64,000 bases of DNA from Eledone cirrhosa (taxonomy: Eukaryota): contig OZ024741.1 of NCBI GenBank assembly GCA_964016885.1, positions 87,172,001 to 87,236,000 of the forward strand. The letters are read 5' to 3'. Under the pieces are notes generated by a model. It had not been told where the DNA came from. It saw nothing but the letters and a program-made list of their open reading frames with translations, and ran no database searches. Made by a program: the position numbers and the translations under genes. Below, piece by piece: positions 15,001 to 27,199 of the stretch. Numbering within the stretch: the first letter of the stretch is position 1; every line of letters begins with the position of its first letter.

Positions 15001-15944
15001 TACTGGTGGTGAACTGGTGGTGTATTGGTGGTGCAGTGTTGATGTACTTGTGGTGTATTGGTGGTGTACTGGTGGTGTATTGGTGGTGTAGTTTTGATGT
15101 ATTTGTGGTGTAGTGGTGGTGTAGTGGTGGTGCAGTGTTGATGTAGTGTTGGTGTACTGGTAGTGTAGTTGTGGTGTAGTGGTGGTGTACTGGTGGTGTA
15201 TTGGTGGTGTATTGGTGGTGTACTGGTGGTTTATTTGTGGTGTATTGGTGGTGTACTGGTGGTGTATTGGTGGTGTACTTGTGGTGTACTGGTGGTTGTA
15301 CTAATGGTGTATTGGTGCTGGACTGGTGGTGTACTGGTGGTGTACTGGTGGTGCATTGGTGGTGTACTTGTGGTGTATTGGTGGTGTACTTGTGGTGTAC
15401 TGGTCGTGTACTGGTGGTCTATTGGTGGTGTATTGGTGATGTATTGGTGATGTACTGGTGGTGTATTGGTGGTGTACTGGTGGTGTATTGGTGGGGTAGT
15501 GGTGGTGTATTGGTGGTGTACTCGTGATGTATTGGTGGTGTTTTAGTGGTGTATTCGTTGCGTATTGGTGGTGTATTGATGGGGTATTGGTGATGTAGTG
15601 TTGATGCACTGGTGGTGTAGTGTTGATGTACTGGTGGTGTACTGGTGGTGTATTGGCGGTGTAGTGGTGGTGAACTTGTGGTGTAGTGTTGATGTACTGA
15701 TGATGTAGTGGTGGTGTACTGGTGCTCTATTGGTGGTGTACTGGTGGTGTATTGGTGGTGTACTGGAGGTGTAGTGGTGGTGTAGTGGTGATGTAGTGTT
15801 GATGTACTGGTGCTGTAGTGGTGGTGTAGTGGTGGTGTAGTGGTGCTGTAGTGTTGATGTACTGGTCGTGTACTGGTGGTGTATTGGTGGTGCAGTGTTG
15901 ATGTACTGGTGGTGTATTGGTGGTGTACTGGTTGTGTATTGGTG

Positions 15945-17530
15945 GTGTAGTGTTGATGTATTGGTGGTGTAGTGGTGGTGTAGTGGTGGTGTAGTGTTGA
16001 TGTAGTGGTGGTGTACTGGTAGTGTAGTGGTGGTGTAGTGGTGGTGTACTGTTGATGTACTGGTGGTCTATTAGTGGTGTATTGGTGATGTATTGGTGGT
16101 GTATTGGTGGTCTATTGGTGGTGTACTTGTGCTTTATTTCTGGTGTACTGGTGGTGTATTGGTGGTGTATTGTTTGTGTAGTGTTGATGTATTGGTTGTG
16201 TAGTGTCGATATACTCGTGGTGTGTTGGTGGTGTACTGGTGGTGTAGTGTTGATGTACTGGTGGTGTATTGTTGATGTACTGGTGGTGTAGTGGTGGTGT
16301 AGTGGTGGTGTAGTGGTGGTGTAGTGTTGATGTAGTGGTGATGTACTGGTAGTGTAGTGTTGATGTACTGGTGGTGTAGTAGTGGTGTAGTGTTGATGTA
16401 CTGGTGGCGTAGTGTTGATGTACTGGTGGTGTAGTGGTGGTGTAGTGTTGATGTACTGGTGGCGTAGTGTTGATGTACTGGTGGTGTAATGGTGATGTAC
16501 TGGTGCTGTATTGATGGTGTACTGGTGGTGTAATGGTGATGTACTGGTGCTGTATTGATGGTGTACTGGTGCTGTAGTGTTGATGAACTGGTGGTGTATT
16601 GGTGGTGTACTGGTGGTGTAGTGGTGGTGTAGTGGTGATGTAGTGTTGATGTACTGTTGCTGTAGTGGTGGTGTAGTGGTGGTGTAGTGGTGCTGTAGTG
16701 TTGATGTACTGGTGGTGTACTGGTGGTGTATTGGTGCTGTAGTGTTGATGTATTGGTGGTGTAGTGGTGGTGTAGTGGTGGTGTAGTGTTGATGTAGTGG
16801 TGGTGTACTGGTAGTGTAGTGGTGGTGTAGTGGTGGTGTACTGTTGATGTACTGGTGGTCTATTAGTGGTGTATTGGTGATGTATTGGTGGTGTATTGGT
16901 GGTCTATTGGTGGTGTACTTGTGCTTTATTTCTGGTGTACTGGTGGTGTATTGGTGGTGTATTGTTTGTGTAGTGTTGATGTATTGGTTGTGTAGTGTCG
17001 ATATACTCGTGGTGTGTTGGTGGTGTACTGGTGGTGTAGTGTTGATGTACTGGTGGTGTATTGTTGATGTACTGGTGGTGTAGTGGTGGTGTAGTGGTGG
17101 TGTAGTGGTGGTGTAGTGTTGATGTAGTGGTGATGTACTGGTAGTGTAGTGTTGATGTACTGGTGGTGTAGTAGTGGTGTAGTGTTGATGTACTGGTGGC
17201 GTAGTGTTGATGTACTGGTGGTGTAGTGGTGGTGTAGTGTTGATGTACTGGTGGCGTAGTGTTGATGTACTGGTGGTGTAATGGTGATGTACTGGTGCTG
17301 TATTGATGGTGTACTGGTGGTGTAATGGTGATGTACTGGTGCTGTATTGATGGTGTACTGGTGCTGTAGTGTTGATGAACTGGTGGTGTATTGGTGGTGT
17401 ACGGGTGGTGTAGTGTTCATGTACAGGTGGTGTATTGGTGGTGTACTGGTGGTGTAGTGGTGGTGTAGTGGTGATGTAGTGTTGATGTACTGTTGCTGTA
17501 GTGGTGGTGTAGTGGTGGTGTAGTGGTGCT
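15945..17530 (+). repeat. Tandem 792-bp (72-monomer) higher-order repeat, two copies
   Basis: Identical 79-aa ORFs at 16052 and 16844; the diagnostic variant gtgctttatttctgg recurs at the same offset. Ends approximate. Confidence 0.85.
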
Positions 17531-19864
17531 GTAGTGTTGATGTACTGGTGGTGTACTGGTGGTGTATTGGTGCTGTAGTGTTGATGTATTGGTGGTGTAG
17601 TGGTGGTGTAGTGGTGGTGCAGTGTTGATGTAGTGGTGGTGTACTGGTAGTGTAGTTGTGGTTTAGTGGTGGTGTACTGGTGGTGTATTGGTGGTGTATT
17701 GCTGGTGTACTGGTGGTTTATTTGTGGTATACTGGTGGTGTATTGGTGGTGTATTGGTTGCGTAGTGTTGATGTATTGGTTGTGTAGTGTCGATATACTC
17801 GTGGTGTATTGGTGGTGTACTGGTGGTGTATTGGTGGTGTACTTGTGGTGTACTGGTGGTGTACTAGTGGTGTATTGGTGCTGTACTGTTGGTGTACTGG
17901 TGGTGTACTGGTGGTGCATTGGTGGTGTACTAGTGGTGTATTGGTGGTGTACTGGTGGTGTACTGGTCGTGTACTGGTGGTGTATTGGTGGTGTATTGGT
18001 GATGTATTGGTGATGTACTGGTGGTGTATTGGTGGTGTACTGGTGGTGTATTGGTGGGGCAGTGGTGGTGTAGTGGTGGTGTAGTGTTTATGTACTGGTG
18101 GTGTAGTGGTGGTGTAGTGTTGATGTACTGGTGGTGTAATCATGGGTACTGGTGATGTATTGGTGGTGTACTGCTGGTGTACTGGTGGTGTACTGGTGGT
18201 GTATTGGTGGTGTATTGGTGGTGTACTGGTGGTGTACTGGTGGTGTATTGGTGGTGTATTGGTGGTGTAGTGTTGATGTACTGGTGCTGTATTGGTGATG
18301 TACTGGTGGAGTACTGCTGGTGTACTGGTGGTGTACAGGTGGTGTAGTGGTGGTGTATTGGTGGGGTAGAGGTGGTGTATTGGTGGTGTATTTGTGGTGT
18401 AGTGTTGAAGTACTTGTGGTGTAGTGTTGATGTACTGGTGGTGTAGTGGTGGTTGTAGTGGTGCTGTACTGGTGGTGTATTGGTGGTGTACTGGTGATGT
18501 AGTGTTGATGTACTGATGATGTATTGGTGATGTAGTGTTGATGTACTGGTGGTGTAGTGGTGGTGTAGTGGTGGTGTAGTGGTGGTGTAGTGGTGGTGTA
18601 CTGGTAGTGTAGTGTTGATGTACTGGTGGTGTAGTGGTGGTGTAGTGTTGATGTACTGGTGGCGTAGTGTTGATGTACTGGTGGTGTAGTGGTGGTGTAG
18701 TGTTGATGTTCTGGAGGTGTAGTGGTGCTGTAGTAGTAGTGTTACGGGTGGATTATTGGTGGTGTACTGGTGGTTCAATGGTGGTGTATTGGTGGTATAT
18801 TGGTGTTGTATTGTTGGTGTATTGGTGGTGTAGTGTTGATCTACTGGTGATGTACTGGTGGTGTATTGGTGGTGTACTGGTGGTGTATTGGTGGAGTATT
18901 GGTGGTGTACTGGTGGTAGTTGTGGTGTAGTTTTGATGTACTGGTAGTGTATTCGTGGTGTACTGGTGGTGTATTGGTGGTGTACGAGTGGTGTACTGGT
19001 GGTGTACTGGTGGTGTATTGGTGGTGTATCGGTGCAATACTGGTGGTGTATTGGTGGTCTAGTGTTGATGTATTGGTGGTGTATTGGTGATGTACTGGTG
19101 GTGTATTGGTGGTTTATTGGAGGTGTACTGGTGGTGTATTTTTGGAGTATTGGTGGTGTACTGGTGGTGTAGTGGTGGTGTGCTGGTGGTGTATTGGTGG
19201 TGTACTGGTGGTGTATTTGTGGTGTAGTGGTTCTATTTTGATGGTGTATTGGTGGTGTACTGGTGGTGTATTGGTGGTGTACTCGTGATGTATTGGTGGT
19301 GTTTTAGTGGTGTATTGGTTGCGTATTGGTGGTGTATTGATGGGGTATTGGTGATGTAGTGTTGATGCACTGGTGGTGTAGTGTTGATGTACTGGTGGTG
19401 TACTGGTGGTGTATTGGCGGTGTAATGGTGGTGAACTGGTGGTGTAGTGTTGATGTACTGGTGGTGTAGTGGTGGTGTACTGGTGCTGTATTGGTGGTGT
19501 ACTGGTGCTGTAGTGTTGATGAACTAGTGGTGTATTGGTGGTGTAAAGGGTGGTGTAGTGTTCATGTACAGGTGGTGTATTGGTGGTGTACTGGTGGTGT
19601 AGTGGTGGTGTAGTGGTGATGTAGTGTTGATGTACTGGTGCTGTAGTGGTGGTGTAGTGGTGGTGTAGTGGTGATGTAGTGTTGATGTACTGGTGGTGTA
19701 CTGGTGGTGTATTGGTGGTGCAGTGTTGATGTACTTGTGGTGTATTGGTGGTGTACTGTTGGTGTATTGGTGGTGTAGTGTTGATGTATTGGTGGTGTAG
19801 TGGTGGTGTAGTGGTGGTGCAGTGTTGATGTAGTGGTGGTGTACTGGTAGTGTAGTGGTGGTGT

Positions 19865-22800
19865 AGTGGTGGTGTACTGGTGGTGTTTTGGTGGTGTATT
19901 GGTGGTGTAGTGTTGATGTATTGGTTGTGTAGTGTCGATATACTCGTGGTGTGTTGGTGGTGTACTGGTGGTGTAGTGTTGATGTACTGGTGGTGTATTG
20001 GTGGTGTACTGGTCGTGTATTGGTGGTGTACTTGTGGTGTACTGGTGGTGTACTAGTGGTGTATTGGTGGTGTACTGGTGGTGTACTGGTGGTGTACTGG
20101 TGGTGCATTGGTGGTGTACTAGTGGTGTATTAGTGGTGTAATGGTGGTGTATTGGTGGTGTATTTGCGGCGTATTGGTGGTGTACTGGTGGTATATTGGT
20201 GGTGTACTGGTGGCGTATTGGTAGGGTAATGGTGGTGTAGTAGTGGTGTAGTGTTTATGTACTGGTGGTGTAGTGGTGGTGTAGTGTGGATGTACTGGTG
20301 GTGTAATAATGGTGTACTGGTGATGTATTGGTGGTGTACTGCTGGTGTACTGGTGGTGTACTGGTGGTGTAGTGGTGGTGTATTGGTGGTGTACTGGTGG
20401 TGTATTGGTGGTGTAGTATTGATGTACTGGTGGTGTGCTGGTGGTGTAGTGTTGATGTACTGGTGGTGTAGTGTTGATGTATTGGTGGTGTACTGGTGGT
20501 GTATTGGTGGTGTAGTGTTGATGTACTGGTGGTGTAGTGGTGGTGAACTGGTGCTGTAGTGTTTATGTACTGGTGGTGTAGTGGTGGTGTAATGGTGGTG
20601 TAATGGTGGTGTAGTGTTGATGTACTGGTGGTGTACTGGAGGTGTATTGGTGGTGTAATGGTGGTGTAGTGTTGATGTACTGGTGGGGTACTGGTGGTAT
20701 ATTGGTGATGTAGTGTTGATCTACTGGTGGTGTAGTGTTGATGTACTGGTGGTGTAATGGTGGAGTATTGGTGGTGTACTGGTGTTAGTGCTGGTGTAGT
20801 GTTGATGTACTGGTGGTGTAGTGGTGGTGTAATGGTGGTGTATTGGTGCTGTAGTGTTGATGTACTGGTTGTATATTGGTGATGTAGTGTTGATGTACTT
20901 GTGGTGTAGTGTTGATGTACTGGTGGTGTATTGGTGGAGTATTGGTGGTGTACTGGTGGTAGTGGTGGTGTAGTGTTGATCTACTGGTTGTGTACTGCTG
21001 GTGTATTGGTGGTGTACTGGTGGTGTATTGGTGGAGTATTGATGGTGTACTGGTGGTAGTGGTGGTGTAGTGTTGATGTACTGCTAGTGTATTCGTGTTG
21101 TAGTGGTGGTGTACTGGTGCTGTATTGGTGGTGTACTGGTGCTGTAGTGTTGATGTACTGGTGGTGTATTGGTGGTGTACGGGTGGTGTAGTGTTCATGT
21201 ACAGGTGGTGTACTGGTGGTGTACTGGTGGTGTATTGGTGGTGTATTGGTGGTGTATTGGTGGTGTAGTGTTGATGTACTGGTGGTGTAGTGTTGATGTA
21301 TTGGTGGTGTACTGGTGGTGTATTGGTGGTGTAGTGTTGAGGTACTGGTGCTGTAGTGTTTATGTACTGGTGGTGTAGTGTTGATGTACTGGTGGTATAT
21401 TGGTGATGTAGTGTTGATCTACTGGTGGTGTAGTGTTGATGTACTGGTGCTGTAATGGTGGAGTATTGGTGGTGTACTGGTGGTAGTGCTGGTGTAGTGT
21501 TGATGTACTGGTGGTGTAGTGGTGGTGTAATGGTGGTGTATTGGTGCTGTAGTGTTGATGTACTGGTGGTATATTGGTGATGTAGTGTTGATGTACTTGT
21601 GGTGTAGTGTTGATGTACTGGTGGTGTATTGGTGGAGTATTGGTGTTGTATTGCTGGTAGTGGTGGTGTAGTGTTGATCTACTGGTGGTGTACTGGTGGT
21701 GTATTGGTGGTGTACTGGTGGTGTATTGGTGGTGTATTGGTGGTGTAGTGTTGATGTACTGGTGGTGTAGTGGTGGTGTATTGGTGGTGCAGTTTTGATG
21801 TACTGGTGGTGTAGTGGTGGTGTAGTGTTGATGTACTGGTGGTGTAGTGGTGGTGTACTGGTGGTGTACTGGTGGTGTATTGGTGGTGTAATGTTGATGT
21901 ACTGGTGGTGTAGCGGTGGTGTAGTGGTGGTGTAGTGTTGATGTAGTGGTGGTGTAGTGGTGATGTAGTGTTGATGTACTGGTGCTGTAGTGGTAGTGTA
22001 GTGGTGGTGTGTTGGTGCTGTAGTGTTGATCTACTGGTGGTGTACTGGTGGTGTATTGGTGGTGCAGTGTTGATGTACTGGTGGTGTATTGGTGGTGTAC
22101 TGGTAGTGTATTGGTGGTGTACTGTTGATGTACTGGTTGTGTAGTGGTGGTGTAGTGGTGGTGTAGTGTTGATGTAGTGGTGGTGTACTGGTAGTGCAGT
22201 GGTGGTGTAGTGGTGGTGTACTGTTGATGTAATGGTGGTCTATTAGTGGTGTATTGGTGACGTACTGGTGGTGTATTGGTGGTGAATTGGTGGTGTAGTG
22301 GTGGTGTATTTGTCGTGTACTGGTTGTGTATTGGTGGTGTATTGGTTGCGTAGTGTTGATGTATTGGTTGTGTAGTGTCGATATACTCGTGGTGTGTTGC
22401 TGGTGTACTGGTGGTGTATTGGTGGTGTACTTGTGGTGTACTGGTGGTGCATTGGTGGTGTACTGGTGGTGTATTGGTGGTGTACTGGTGGTGTATTGGT
22501 GGTGTATTGGTGGTGTAGTGTTGATGTACTGGTGGTGTATTGGTAGTGTACTGGTGGTGTATTGGTGGTGTACTTGTGGTGTACTGGTGGTGCATTGGTG
22601 GTGTACTGGTGGTGTATTGGTGGTGTACTGGTGGTGTATTGGTGGTGTATTGGTGGTGTAGTGTTGATGTACTGGTGGTGTATTGGTGGTGTATTGGTGG
22701 TGTACTGGTGGTGTATTGGCGGTGTAGTGTTGATGTACTGGTAGTGTACTGGTGGTGTATTGGTGGTGTAGTGTTGATGTACTGGTGGTGCATTGGTGGT

Positions 22801-24616
22801 TTATTGGTGGCGTACTGGTGGTGTCGTTGTGGTGTACTGGTGGTGTATTGGTGGTGTACTGGTGGTGTATTGGTGGTGTAGTGGTTCTATATTGGTGGTG
22901 TATTGGTGGTGTACTGGTGGTGTATTGGTGGTGTACTCGTGGTGTATCGGTGTTGTTTTAGTGGTGAATTGGTTGCGTATTGGTGGTGTATTGATGGGGT
23001 ATTGGTGATGTTGTGTTGATGTACTGGTGGTGTAGTGTTGATGTACTGGTGGTGTACTGGTGGTGTATTGGTGGTTTAGTTTTGATGTACTGGTGGTGTA
23101 GTGGTGGTGAACTGCTGGTGTAGTGTTGATGTACCGGTGGTGTAGTGGTGGTGTAATGGTGGTTTATTGGTGGTGTAGTGTTGATGTACTGGTGGTATAT
23201 TGGTGATGTAGTGTTGATCTACTGGTGGTGTAGTGTTGATGTACTGGTGGTGTAGTGGTGGTGTACTGGTGCTGTATTGCTGGTGTACTGGTGGTGTATT
23301 GGTGGTGTAAAGGGTGGTGTAGTGTTCATGTACAGGTGGTGTATCGAGGGTGTACTGGTGGTGTAGTGGTGGTGTAGTGGTATGTAGTGTTGATGTACTG
23401 GTGCTGTAGTGGTGGTGTAGTGGTGGTGTAGTGGTGATGTAGTGTTGATGTACTGGTGGTGTACTGGTGGTGTATTGGTGGTGCAGTGTTGATGTATTGG
23501 TGGTGTAGTGGTGGTGTAGTGGTGGTGCAGTGTTGATGTAGTGGTGGTGTACTGGTAGTGTAGTGGTGGTGTAGTGGTGGTGTACTGGTGGTGTTTTGGT
23601 GGTGTATTGGTGGTGTACTGGTGGTTTATTTGTGGTGTACAGGTGGTGTATTGGTGGTGTATTGGTTGCGTAGTGTTGATGTATTGGTTGTGTAGTGTCG
23701 ATATACTCGTGGTGTGTTGGTGGTGTACTGGTGGTGTAGTGTTGATGTACTGGTGGTGTATTGGTGGTGTACTGGTGGTGTATTGGTGGTGTACTTGTGG
23801 TGTACTGGTGGTGTACTAGTGGTGTACTGGTGGTGCATTGGTGGTGTACTAGTGGTGTATTGGTGGTGTACTGGTGGTGTACTGGTCGTGTACTGGTGGT
23901 GTATTGGTGGTGTATTGGTGATGTATTGGTGATGTACTGGTGGTGTACTGGTGGTGTACTGGTGGTGTATTGGTGGGGTAGTGGTGGTGTAGTGGTGGTG
24001 TAGTGTTTATGTACTGGTGGTGTAGTGGTGGTGTAGTGTTGATGTACTGGTGGTGTAATCATGGCGTACTGGTGATGTACTGGTGGTGTACTGCTGGGGT
24101 ACTGGTGGTGTACGGGTTGTGTATTGGTGGTGTATTGGTGGTGTACTGATGGTGTATTGGTGGTGTAGTGTTGATGTACTGGTGTTGTACTGGTGGTGTA
24201 TTGGTGGTGTATTTGTGGTGTAGTGTTGATGTACTTGTGGTGTAGTGGTGGTGTACTGGTGGTGTAGTGTTGATGTACTGGTGGTGTAGTGGTGGTGTAG
24301 AGGTGGTGTATTGGTGGTGTATTGGTGGTGTTGTGTTGATGTACTGGTGGTGTAGTGTTGATGTACTGGTGGTGTAGTGGTGGTTGTATTGGTGGTGTAC
24401 TGGTGGAGTATTGGTGGTGTACTGGTGGTGTATTGTTGATGTACTGGTGGTGTAGTGGTGGTGTACTGGTGGTGTAGTACTTGTGTATTGGTGGTATACT
24501 GGTGGTGTAGTGTTGATGTACTGGTGGTGTAGTCGTGGCGTATTGTTGATGTACTGGTGGTGTGTACTAGTGATGTACTAGTGGTGGTTTACTGGTGCTG
24601 TATTGGTGGTGTACTG
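19865..24616 (+). repeat. Near-identical second copy of 1-~4752 (19,864-bp offset) within the satellite
   Basis: ORF pairs 87/19951, 387/20251, 921/20785, 1496/21360, 3212/23076 and 3897/23761 are all offset by 19,864. The 477-aa translations differ at one residue (T at 2856 vs C at 22720). Confidence 0.95.
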
Positions 24617-27199
24617 GTGCTGTAGTGTTGATGTACTGTTGGTGTATTGGTGGTGTACGGGTGGTGTAGTGTTCATGACAGGTGGTGTATTGGTGGTGTA
24701 CTGGTGGTGTATTGGTGGTGTAGTGGTGGTGTACTGTGGTGTATTAGTGGTGTATTGGTGGTGTAGTGTTGATGTACTGGTGGTGTATTGGTGGTGTACT
24801 GGTGGAGTATTGCTGGTGTACTGGTGGTGTACTGGTGGTGTAGTGGTGGTGTATTGGTTGTGCATTGGTGGTGTACTGGTGGTGTGCTGTTGGTCTAGTG
24901 GTGGTGTAGTTGTGGTGTATTGGTGGTGTATTTGTGGTGTATTGGTGGTGTAGTGTTGCTGTACTGGTGGTGTATTGGTGGTGTATTGGTGGTGTACTGG
25001 TGGAGTATTGGTGGTGTATTGGTTGTGCATTGGTGGTGTACTGGTGGTGTGCTGTTGGTCTATTGGTGGTGTAGTAGTGGTGTATTGGTGGTGTATTGGT
25101 GGTGTATTGGTGGTGTAGTGTTGCTGTACTGGTGGTGTATTGGTGGTGTATTGGTGGTGTACTGGTGGTGTATTGGTGGTGTAGTGTTGATGTACTTGTG
25201 GTGTAGTGGTGGTGTACTGGTGGTGTAGAGTGGATGTACTGGTGGTGTAGTGGTGGTGTAGAGGTGGTGTATTGGTGGTGTATTGGTGGTGTAGTGTTGA
25301 AGTACTGGTGGTGTAGTGTTGATGTACTGGTGGTGTAGTGGTGGTTGTAGTGGTGCTTTACTGGTGGTGTATTGGTCGTGTACTGGTGATGTAGTGTTGA
25401 TGTACTGATGATGTATTGGTGATGTAGTGTTGATGTACTGGTGGTGTAGTGGTGGTGTAGTGGTGGTGTAGTGGTGGTGTAGTGTTGATGTAGTGGTGGT
25501 GTACTGGTAGTGTAGTGTTGATGTACTGGTGGTTTAGTGGTGGTGTAGTGTTAATGTACTGGTGGCGTAGTGTTGATGTACTGGTTGTGTAGTGGTGGTG
25601 TAGTGTTGATGTTCTGGAGGTGTAGTGGTGCTGTAGTAGTAGTGTTACGGGTGGAGTATTGGTGGTGTCTTGGTGGTTCAATGGTGGTGTATTGGTGGTA
25701 TATTGGTGTTGTATTGTTGGTGTATTGGTGGGTTAGTGGTGGTGTAGTGTTGATCTACTGGTGATGTACTGGTGGTGTATTGGTGGTGTACTGGTGGTGT
25801 ATTGGTGGAGTATTGGTGGTGTACTGGTGGTAGTGGTGGTGTAGTGTTGATGTACTGGTAGTGTATTCGTGGTGTACTGGTGGTGTATTGGTGGTGTACT
25901 GGTGGTGTACTGGTGGTGTGCTGGTGGTGTATTGGTGGTGTATCGGTGCAATACTGGTAGTGTATTGGTGGTCTAGTGTTGATGTATTGGTGGTGTATTG
26001 GTGATGTACTGTGGGTGTATTGGTGGTTTATTGGAGGTGTACTGGTGGTGTATTTGTGGAGTATTGGTGGTGTACTGGTGGTGTATTTGTGGTGTAGTGG
26101 TTCTATATTGATGGTGTATTGGTGGTGTACTTGTGGTGTATTGGTGGTGTACTCGTGATGTATTGGTGGTGTTTTAGTGGTGTATTGGTTGCGTATTCGT
26201 GGTGTATTGATCGGGTATTGGTGATGTAGTGTTGATGCACTGGTGGTGTAGTGTTCATGTAATGGTGGTGTACTGGTGGTGTATTGGCGGTGTAGTGGTG
26301 GTGAACTGGTGGTGTAGTGTTGATGTACTGGTGCTGTATTGGTGGTGTACTGGTGCTGTAGTGTTGAGGAACTGGTGGTGTATTGGTGGTGTACGAGTGG
26401 TGTAGTGTTCATGTACAGGTGGTGTATTGGTGGTGTACTGGAGGTGTAGTAGTGGTGTAGTGGTGATGTAGTGTTGATGTACTGGTGCTGTAGTGGTGGT
26501 GTAGTGGTGGTGTAGTGGTACTGTAGTGTTGATGTACTGGTGGTGTACTGGTGGTGTATTGGTGGTGCAGTGTTGATGTACTGGTGGTGTATTGGTGGTG
26601 TACTGGTGGTGTATCGGTGGTGTAGTGTTGATGTATTGGTGGTGTAGTGGTGGTGTAGTGGTGGTGTAGTGTTGATGTAGTGGTGGTGTACTGGTAGTGT
26701 AGTGGTGGTGTAGTGGTGGTGTACTGTTGATGTACTGGTGGTCTATTAGTGGTGTATTGGTGATGTATTGGTGGTGTATTGGTGGTCTATTGGTGGTGTA
26801 CTTGTGCTTTATTTCTGGTGTACTGGTGGTGTATTGGTGTGTATTGTTTGTGTAGTGTTGATGTATTGGTTGTGTAGTGTCGATATACTCGTGGTGTGTT
26901 GGTGGTGTACTGGTGGTGTAGTGTTGATGTACTGGTGGTGTATTGGTGGTGTACTGGTGGTGTATTGGTGGTGTACTTGTGGTGTACTGGTGGTGTACTA
27001 GTGGTGTATTGGTGGTGTACTGGTGGTGTACTGGTGGTGTACTGGTGGTGCATTGGTGGTGTACTAGTGGTGTATTGGTGGTGTACTGGTGGTGTATTGG
27101 TGGTGTATTGGTGGTGTACTGGTGGTGTATTGGTGGTGTACTGGTGGTGTATTGGTGGGGTAATGGTGGTGTAGTGGTGGTGTAGTGTGGATGTACTGG

